A DNA stretch of 64,000 nucleotides, taken from assembly GCA_965277035.1 (NCBI GenBank), contig CBDIBO010000003.1, forward strand, positions 5,071,786-5,135,785, read 5' to 3'. Positions within the stretch are counted from its first letter, which is position 1, and the number at the start of each line of letters is the position of its first letter. The notes beneath the pieces were generated by a model. It saw nothing but the letters and a program-made list of their open reading frames with translations, was not told the DNA's origin and made no database searches. Below, one piece after another: positions 57,134 through 64,000 of the stretch. This stretch comes from Rhodopila sp. (GTDB lineage Bacteria > Pseudomonadota > Alphaproteobacteria > Acetobacterales > Acetobacteraceae). Made by a program: the position numbers and the translations under genes.

Positions 57134-57868
57134 TCACATCGCCGCCGTCGGCTTGGTGGCGCGCGTGGACCGGCGACGTGCCAGCGCAATGCCGCCGATG
57201 CCGCTCACCAGCAGCACAATTGAAGCCGGTTCCGGGGCCGGGGTGTAAACCAGCCTCGCATTATTGAGCGACAGAACATCCGCTGGCGTGCTTTCGTACA
57301 CGGCGCTGGTCCGAGGGTCGGAGGTGACCTGCAATGGCGCGGCCGGCGCGAAACTTTGCGTCGACGGAGCCCCACCCACGTAGGTCGTCAGGTCAGCCGC
57401 GGCTAGCGTGCTGAAGCTGGTCCTGACCGCGTTGTTCCGCTGTTCGGCCGCCACCGCCGCGCCGCCCGCCACCGCCCTGCTGAGGCCGGTGATCGTCGTC
57501 CTGGACGGCGCGTTGGCAGTACGGATCGCGATGTTCGCTGTCAGGTCGTCATAGCTGTTTGCGTTCACGCCGGCCGGCGCCGCCAGGCTGATCAGCGGTT
57601 CGGAGCCCGCGCTCAGCAACCCGAGGTCCGCGCCGCCGGCCGTGCTGATCGCCGCGATGTCCCCGTTCAGACCGCTTGGCCCGCAGGTCCAGGCCGCGCC
57701 CATCTCCCAATAGCCGCATCCGGCGATCGTGTCGGTGAACCCATCGTTGGTCAGCGCGTTGCCGACCGGGATCCTGGTCGCCGTCTGCGCGCGGGCATGA
57801 TGAGCCAGGGTCATCACGCTGACGACCACTAAACTCAGAACATGCAATTGCCAGGTCGCGCGCAACAA
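57134..57868 (-). CDS. PEP-CTERM sorting-domain surface protein
   Basis: Signal peptide (…HHARA|Q); C-terminal APEPASIVLLVSGIGGIALARRR (PEP, TM helix, basic cluster). Confidence 0.85.
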   Translation of the reverse strand: MLRATWQLHVLSLVVVSVMTLAHHARAQTATRIPVGNALTNDGFTDTIAGCGYWEMGAAWTCGPSGLNGDIAAISTAGGADLGLLSAGSEPLISLAAPAGVNANSYDDLTANIAIRTANAPSRTTITGLSRAVAGGAAVAAEQRNNAVRTSFSTLAAADLTTYVGGAPSTQSFAPAAPLQVTSDPRTSAVYESTPADVLSLNNARLVYTPAPEPASIVLLVSGIGGIALARRRSTRATKPTAAM

Positions 57869-58041
57869 ATTTCGCCTTTGGTTCCGTCGGCAAGCTGTTG
57901 GGACAACGCCCGGCCGTCGCGGCCATATTTAGCATGACCGATTCGGTCGGTAAATCAAAGATCGCTGCCAAAATTGACATTGTCGTGTTGATAAAATACG
58001 ACAAGCTCCAAATCCCGGACCAGCCGCTGCACCCTCGGGTT

Positions 58042-58998
58042 TCACGGCGCCCCTGCCGGAAGCATTTCCTTGCCCGCGATGGTGAACTTTCGCACCGCGA
58101 CCCCGGCCATCGCCTGCGTCACGACATCCGCTACGCCTTCGCGCAGCAAGGTCTGCATCAGCGCCTGCCGGGCCGCGCTGAAGGACGGCGTGGTTTGCCG
58201 CCGCCGATCCTCGACCTGCACGACAAAATAGACGCCCCCGCTGTGAACCGGGAAGCGGCTGAATTCGCCCACCGCCAGCGAGAACGCGACCGCGCCGAGC
58301 TCCGGGTTCAGGCCACTGAGCGGAACGTAGCCCAGGTCGCCACCGGCGGCGGCCGTGGCGTCCAGGCTGGATGACCTTGCCAGGGTCGCGAAATCCGCGC
58401 CCGCCTGCAGGTTCGCGATAATGCCCATCGCCGCCTGCTCGGACGGCACAGCGATAAGCCGGGCATGGACCTCCTCAGGGCCCGGCCTGCCGGCCACAGC
58501 TTTCTGATAGCGATCGAGCAGCGCCTGCTCGGTGATGCTCCTGGCGATTTCACGGTGCAGCAACTCGTTCGCCAACACCTGCTCGTCCGCGGCTTTCAGC
58601 TTGCGCCGGACCACCGGGTCCTCATCGAGGCCAAGCTGATAGGCACGAATAACCAGCGCCTGCTCGCGCACCAGCTTGTCGATCACACCCGGAAACACCT
58701 CCGCGAACGGCATGGCCCGCACGTTCGGTGGCAATTGCTCGATCGCATCCGCCGTGTCACCCAGCGTCACCGCGCGACCGTCAACCTCCGCCACCACGGT
58801 GCTCGCACTCTTTGTCTGCCGGTCCGACAGCGGATACCGCGACGTCTGGATGTCGAAGATCGGCCGCTTCAGGTCGCCCGGCGCGAATGGCGCGGGATCC
58901 GGCGTCGACACGATCTGGGCATTGGCCCAGTGGGTGACCATGTCGGCGCAAATCAGGCCGGCAAGCGCCAAGGGCAACCATTGTCCGCGCCAAGCCAT
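58042..58998 (-). CDS. PpiC/parvulin-type periplasmic foldase (PrsA/EpsD-like)
   Basis: Signal peptide, VVAEVDG, helical chaperone region, GADFATLARSSS..GGDLG. Confidence 0.85.
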   Translation of the reverse strand: MAWRGQWLPLALAGLICADMVTHWANAQIVSTPDPAPFAPGDLKRPIFDIQTSRYPLSDRQTKSASTVVAEVDGRAVTLGDTADAIEQLPPNVRAMPFAEVFPGVIDKLVREQALVIRAYQLGLDEDPVVRRKLKAADEQVLANELLHREIARSITEQALLDRYQKAVAGRPGPEEVHARLIAVPSEQAAMGIIANLQAGADFATLARSSSLDATAAAGGDLGYVPLSGLNPELGAVAFSLAVGEFSRFPVHSGGVYFVVQVEDRRRQTTPSFSAARQALMQTLLREGVADVVTQAMAGVAVRKFTIAGKEMLPAGAP

Positions 58999-59188
58999 GT
59001 TGACCCGCTTGCAATCATGATCCAGCCGCCACAATAGCACGGGCCGCTAAGCCGATGCGAGAACGCAATGCAAACCGCGGCCGGCCCGGAACAACATCAG
59101 CCTGACCGTAAAGGTCTGGCTGATAAAGTTGCTCCTGAAAATAGTAAGCTGGAGCGCGCTGCCCGTTCACGCTCAGCCTGCGGGCGCT

Positions 59189-60190
59189 CTACGTCGAGCC
59201 CAGCATGACAGGCCTGCCCTCGGCGGCCGAGGCGGCGATCGCCTCGAACACCGCCACACCGTGCATGATCTGGTTCAGCGGTGTCGGAAACGCTTGTCCG
59301 GCGACGATGCTGGCGGCGAACGCTTCCAGTTCCGCCTCCAGCATATTGAAGCCCGGGGTCTCGGTTACCTCGGGTTCGCCGGCCGCATGCGCGCCGGCCT
59401 CGGCCGCGGGCAGCAGCCGGAACGTGGTCATCGGATGTCCCAGCACTTCGGCGAAACCGCGCGTGCCATATACCGCCATCCGGTAATGCGGCGTCGCCGC
59501 GGTCGAGCAGAAGATGTGCCCCGACGCGCCGTTGCTGAAGCGCAGCATGATGTCGGTGGTGTCGTCCGCCAGCGGTGCGGCACGCCTGGCAACCTCGGCA
59601 TAGACCTGACGCACCGGGCCGAACAAATCGATCATACCATCGACCAGATGCACGCCGATGGCGGTCATCGCGCCAGCCGGCGCCTCGTCCGCGCGCACCC
59701 GCCAGGCGTCCTGTTTCAGGGTGATCCCGGCCAACGCGGTCTGTTCCGCGCTGATCGTGACCAGCGTCCCCAGCCTGCCGCTGGTCACCGCCTGGCGCAG
59801 CAGGCCCATCGACGGATGGAACCGCCGGTTGAACCCAACCGCGAGCACGATCCCGGCCTGCTCCGCGGCATTCCGCGCCCGTGTCGCATCTGACAGCGAC
59901 AGGCTGAACGGCTTTTCGGTGAAGACGTGCTTGCCGGCTCGGGCGGCGCGGATCACCTGTTCCGGATGCTGGCTGTGCGGCGTGGCGAACACCACGGCCT
60001 GAAGGTCGGCCTGCGACAGCACCGCATCCAGGGAACCGACCCAGCGCAGCCCGGCGTCGGCGCAGAATGGTGCGGCCGTTGCCTGGGTGCGGGTATGCGC
60101 GGTGGTAAACCGGATCGCCTTGCTGTCGCGAACGCTGTTCACCAAATTCTGGCCCCACCATCCAAGCCCGACGATCGCTGCGTTTATCAT
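59189..60190 (-). CDS. Gfo/Idh/MocA family oxidoreductase
   Basis: AAIVGLGWWG, FATPHSQH, GKHVFTEKP, GVHLVD. Confidence 0.92.
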   Translation of the reverse strand: MINAAIVGLGWWGQNLVNSVRDSKAIRFTTAHTRTQATAAPFCADAGLRWVGSLDAVLSQADLQAVVFATPHSQHPEQVIRAARAGKHVFTEKPFSLSLSDATRARNAAEQAGIVLAVGFNRRFHPSMGLLRQAVTSGRLGTLVTISAEQTALAGITLKQDAWRVRADEAPAGAMTAIGVHLVDGMIDLFGPVRQVYAEVARRAAPLADDTTDIMLRFSNGASGHIFCSTAATPHYRMAVYGTRGFAEVLGHPMTTFRLLPAAEAGAHAAGEPEVTETPGFNMLEAELEAFAASIVAGQAFPTPLNQIMHGVAVFEAIAASAAEGRPVMLGST

Positions 60191-60855
60191 CTGTTTGCTT
60201 CTCCAATCTCGGCCAGCAGTTCGTCCACGAAACGCTGCATGGTCCGCGTCCGCGCTTGCGCCAGGTCGGCGCCGGCCACGGTCTGAAACCGGCCCGCGAC
60301 CTTGAACAGTTTCGCGGCAAAATGGTCCAATGCGAAGCTCTGATCATCCAGATCGCGGTGGGCGGCGACCGGGTCGAGCGGATCATAGAGCCCCGACCCC
60401 ATCCGCCCGGCGACGTAGAAGCAGCGCGCGATCCCGATCGCACCGATCGCATCCAGCCGATCGGCGTCCTGCAGGATGCGCGCCTCCAGGCTGTTCGGTG
60501 CGATCTCGGCAGAAAAGCTGTGCGCCTCGATCGCGTGCGCCGTCGCCTCGATCTTGGCCGGCTCCCATCCCAGCGCCGCCAGAATCGTTCGCGCCCGACC
60601 CGCCGCCAGCCGCGATGCCTGCGATCGTTGCGGCGAGTTCTTCTCCACCGCCACGCAGTCATGCAGCACCACCGCCGCCGTCAACACCGACCAATCACAG
60701 TCGGGTATGCGGTCGGCGATCAGGGCCACGTTTCGCCAGACCCGCGACAGGTGGGACCAGTCGTGCGAGCCGTCGTCGGTCTGGCTATCGAGTGCCGCCA
60801 GCAGGCGCGCCGCCAGACCCTCCTGGTCGCCAAAGATAGCCGCGTTGGCGTTCAT
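60187..60855 (-). CDS. HD-domain phosphohydrolase (YedJ-like)
   Basis: DGSHDWSHL, VVLHDCV, ILQDADRLDAIGAIGIARCF; 4-nt overlap with the downstream oxidoreductase. Confidence 0.9.
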   Translation of the reverse strand: MNANAAIFGDQEGLAARLLAALDSQTDDGSHDWSHLSRVWRNVALIADRIPDCDWSVLTAAVVLHDCVAVEKNSPQRSQASRLAAGRARTILAALGWEPAKIEATAHAIEAHSFSAEIAPNSLEARILQDADRLDAIGAIGIARCFYVAGRMGSGLYDPLDPVAAHRDLDDQSFALDHFAAKLFKVAGRFQTVAGADLAQARTRTMQRFVDELLAEIGEANR

Positions 60856-61103
60856 CCGTATCCCACACCCAAACCCTGGATGCAGCATGTCAGCGCTGTG
60901 CGGTTGATCGCAAGCGGGGGCCGGGCCGGGGGGCTTATGAGGCACTCTTGAGCGCGGTTCGAAATCGACCCGACGTCGCTCGAACGGCGCAGCTCGCGTT
61001 TGTGACGAGAAGGTGCCAGCCTGCTGGTTTTCGATGCGGGGTGGTGGGAATATCGGGATCATGCGGCCATCGGCCTGGCGGTGCCGCGTTGGCGGGAAAG
61101 TGC

Positions 61104-61637
61104 ATGACGATCGAAACATCCCGGCTGATCCTGCGTCGCCCGACCTTGGCGGACGTGCCCAGACTGTTTGAGTTCCTGGGCGACGCCGAGGCAATGCGAT
61201 TTACCCACGCCGATGCTTCCGCGCGGGAATGCCGGCGCCGTGTCGCGGTCCACGAGCGGCAGCGCCGCGGCAAGGGATACGCGCCCTGGACGGTCGTGAC
61301 CAAGGCCGACCACCGCATCGTCGGCTACGGCGGTCTTTATGACGATCCCTTTGACCCGGGATGGGGCGTTGAAATCGGCTACTATTTCGATCCGGCCAAC
61401 TGGGGGTTCGGGTTCGCCACAGAGCTGGCGGCAGCCTGCACGGGCTTGGCCGATGGTGTCCTCGGTCTGCCCGAACTACGGGCGTTCGCGCGCCCGGAGA
61501 ATGTCGGCTCTCGGCATGTACTGGAGAAGGTCGGGTTCGAGCTGGTGCGCCTGGTTCCCGAGATGGAACGCTTGCTCTATCGGCGTGGCGGTCCGGGCGT
61601 GCGTGCCGGGCAGCTGTCATTCGTCACGAAGCGATAA
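61104..61637 (+). CDS. GNAT family N-acetyltransferase (RimJ/RimL-like)
   Basis: IETSRLILR, VEIGYY...WGFGFATE, NVGSRHVLEKVGF. Confidence 0.9.
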   Translation: MTIETSRLILRRPTLADVPRLFEFLGDAEAMRFTHADASARECRRRVAVHERQRRGKGYAPWTVVTKADHRIVGYGGLYDDPFDPGWGVEIGYYFDPANWGFGFATELAAACTGLADGVLGLPELRAFARPENVGSRHVLEKVGFELVRLVPEMERLLYRRGGPGVRAGQLSFVTKR

Positions 61638-61669
61638 CCGGACAACGATCTTGCAAAGGAAGCGGCCGC

Positions 61670-62542
61670 ATGGGTGACTTCGAACTGATTTGGGACTCGC
61701 GTTGCGGTGTGGCGGAATCGCCGGTTTGGGATCAGGCCGCGCGGCGGTTGTTGTTCTGCGATATCAGCGGGCGGCGGATCAACGCGCTGTCGGTCGACAC
61801 CGGCGCCCGCGAAAGCTGGGACTTCCCCGACATGGTCGCCAGCTTCGGCCTCTGCCGTTCCGGCCGGCTGGTCGTCGCCCAGCGTCACCACGTCGTGCTG
61901 TTCGACCCCAAGTCGGGGGTGTTGACCGATCTGACGCCGAGGGTCGCTGAGCCGTCTACCAACCGGCTGAACGACGGCAAGGTTGGCCCGGATGGGGCGT
62001 TCTGGGTGGGCAGCATGGATGGGAACAGCCCGCGCCAGAAGGTCGCCGCGCTGTATCGCGTCACCGCCGACGGCCGCATCGAGAAGCAGGAGGATGGTTA
62101 CGCCGGATCGAACGGGTTGGCCTGGGCGCCCGACGGTCGGATCATGTATCACTCCGATTCAACGGCGGGCACCATCGAGGCGTGGGATTTCGACCCCGCC
62201 ACCGGCGGTCGCAGCAATCACCGCATTCTGGCCACGCTGACCGGTGAGGATGGGCGGCCCGACGGCGCCGCCACCGATGCCGAAGGCAATTACTGGTCCG
62301 CCGGCCCGTCTGCGGGCTGCCTCAACTGCTTCAGCCCGACCGGAGCGTTGCTGCGCAAGTGGGTCTTTCCGGTACCCGGTCCCACCATGCCGTGCTTCGC
62401 CGACAACGCGCTGTACGTGACGACGCTGCGCGACGGCAAGTCGGCGCAAATGCTGGCGGACCATCCGACGCTGGGTGGCCTTTTCCGCGCTGATGCACCG
62501 GTCGCCGGCGTGTCGGTCGGCCTGTTCGCCGATCGACCCTAG
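61670..62542 (+). CDS. SMP-30/gluconolactonase/LRE family protein
   Basis: AESPVWD, RLNDGKV, SNGLAW, GRPDGAATDAEG. Confidence 0.92.
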   Translation: MGDFELIWDSRCGVAESPVWDQAARRLLFCDISGRRINALSVDTGARESWDFPDMVASFGLCRSGRLVVAQRHHVVLFDPKSGVLTDLTPRVAEPSTNRLNDGKVGPDGAFWVGSMDGNSPRQKVAALYRVTADGRIEKQEDGYAGSNGLAWAPDGRIMYHSDSTAGTIEAWDFDPATGGRSNHRILATLTGEDGRPDGAATDAEGNYWSAGPSAGCLNCFSPTGALLRKWVFPVPGPTMPCFADNALYVTTLRDGKSAQMLADHPTLGGLFRADAPVAGVSVGLFADRP

Positions 62543-63012
62543 AGACGATCGACGGCCAGCCGCTGTTGCCTATGCTCAACGCGTATCCCGTCACGCTTGA
62601 CGATCTACTGAGCGAAGACATGCCATGACCGAGCCCCGATGCATGGCGCGGTTCCACGTGATCGACACCCAGCCGGAGGCTGGCCGGACGGTGCGGCGTG
62701 ATGGCGGCGCGCGCCGGTGCGCCCGCGCCGCCGGCCGCGATCGGCGAGGGTAGGCTACGCCGCCGCATGATCGTCTGCGCCAGTGCCCTCGTGCGCGTGC
62801 CACAGCCGGAAGAGCGATACAGGAACATTATTCTCGCCATCAACCAGCATCGGGACCAGCTTTGGACAGCACTCGCATCGCAGGAATTATCCGGGCTCAG
62901 GGCACCTTCATTCCGACCGCCGTTATGGCAGCAACAGCTTATCGCGGTCTGACGGGCTGACGGAAGCAGATCCCAGGCGCCCACGCTGTCGACCGCGGCC
63001 GGGCAGAACTTA

Positions 63013-64000
63013 TCAGGAGATCGCCCGCAACCGAGGATGTTCCGGTCGGGTGTCGCCGCGGGCCAAGTGGTTCAGGAACACGGTGCAGAACCGCCCGGCG
63101 GTGTTGACCGCGACCTTTTCGTGCAGGGCGTGCCAACGCTCGCGCCGCTCCTCCAGGTCCATCGACAGGCCGATGTGCATGGCCTCGGCGATCTCGTCGG
63201 AGTCGTACGGATTGACAATCAGCGCCTCGGTCATCTCCTCGGCGGCCCCGGCAAATCGAGACAGGATCAGCACCCCAGGATTTTCCGGATTCTGTGCCGC
63301 GACATACTCCTTCGCGACCAGGTTCATGCCGTCGCGCAGCGGCGTCACTACCGCCAGCCGGGACAACCGGAAAAATCCCGCCAGCGTGTCGCGCTTGACC
63401 GCTCGGGTCATATAGCGCAGCGGCGTCCAGTCGAACTCGGAATAGCGTCCGTTGGTGTCGCCGACGATGCGGTCAAGTTCCCGGCGCAGGCGCTGATAGG
63501 CACCTTGTTCTTCCCGTGAGCGTGCGGCGACCTGCAGAAAGCTGACCTGTCGGCGATGCTGCGGGTAATTGGCAAAGAACCGGCCAATCGCCTCGAACCG
63601 ACTGATCAAGCCCTTCGAGTAATCCAGCCGGTCCACCCCGATCGCCAGACCGCCCTTGCTCAGGCTATCGCGCAACATCCGGGAATCAGCGCTGCGGGCG
63701 GATTCGATTGCTTGTTTGGTGAAAGCGGCGGCATCGATGCCGATCGGATCGACGATAACCCGTACCGCCTGGCCACGCCAGACGAAGCGGCCGTCCGCGT
63801 CGGCGCGGATCCCCAAGTTTCCCACGATGCAGTCCAGGAACGCCGACCGATAGGTCAAGGTATGGAAGCCGACGACGTCATAGGCGCACAGGCTGGTCAG
63901 CAGTTCAGCCGAGCGCGGCAACGCGTTGAAAATCGACGGCGGCACGAACGGGGTGTGCAGGAAAAAGCCGATGCGGTTGGTGACGCCCAGTGCCCGCAGT
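63013..64000 (-). CDS. otsA: Trehalose-6-phosphate synthase, 3' part (5' end outside the window)
   Basis: IGFFLHTPF, GVDRLDYSKGL, RDGMNLVAKEYVA, LILSRFAGAA, VNPYD. Confidence 0.95.
   Translation of the reverse strand, partial: LRALGVTNRIGFFLHTPFVPPSIFNALPRSAELLTSLCAYDVVGFHTLTYRSAFLDCIVGNLGIRADADGRFVWRGQAVRVIVDPIGIDAAAFTKQAIESARSADSRMLRDSLSKGGLAIGVDRLDYSKGLISRFEAIGRFFANYPQHRRQVSFLQVAARSREEQGAYQRLRRELDRIVGDTNGRYSEFDWTPLRYMTRAVKRDTLAGFFRLSRLAVVTPLRDGMNLVAKEYVAAQNPENPGVLILSRFAGAAEEMTEALIVNPYDSDEIAEAMHIGLSMDLEERRERWHALHEKVAVNTAGRFCTVFLNHLARGDTRPEHPRLRAIS

Noticed and set aside
57955-57972. sigma54 site upstream of the PEP-CTERM gene (TGGCAGCGATCTTTGA, minus strand)
   Set aside because: The -12 GC is absent and the spacing is off by one.
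62591-62984. Short ORFs between the lactonase and otsA
   Set aside because: They overlap each other, are low-complexity GC-rich, and have no convincing RBS or motif.

Overview
This is high-GC alphaproteobacterial chromosomal DNA, probably Acetobacteraceae (inferred from the AroK-AroB fusion and the alpha-type gene order). The core blocks are rpsB-tsf-pyrH-frr-uppS-cdsA-dxr-rseP-bamA-skp-lpxD-fabZ-lpxA (2.5-15.8 kb), aroKB/xerD (31.7-34.8 kb) and secDF-glpX-recJ-tRNA-Glu (39.7-45.7 kb). Accessory modules lie between them. (1) A lyase/hydratase/FAD-monooxygenase operon sits where lpxI-lpxB usually follows lpxA. (2) A stress cluster (pfpI-like, Ku, egtB-egtD, EcfG-like ECF sigma) has matching GCAAC-N16-CGTY motifs in front of pfpI and the sigma gene. 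(3) A candidate envelope/polysaccharide module contains a Pro-rich membrane protein, an orphan Wza behind a canonical sigma54 site, a sensor-less sigma54 activator, a lytic transglycosylase with a YGxFAP decapeptide tail, and an ArnE-like small transporter split by IS630. (4) There are copper/cytochrome-oxidase assembly genes, pqiABC, a PEP-CTERM protein next to a His-less parvulin, several oxidoreductases and the 3' part of otsA. Mobile DNA comprises a partial ISNCY/IS481-like element at the left edge, a complete IS630 (frameshifted transposase with an in-frame 54-nt hairpin insert), a decayed IS256 with a structured 3' region, and a cluster of REP-like palindromes before xerD. No CRISPR array or rRNA was found. 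All family assignments come from motif recognition, not database searches, and several start codons are best guesses.
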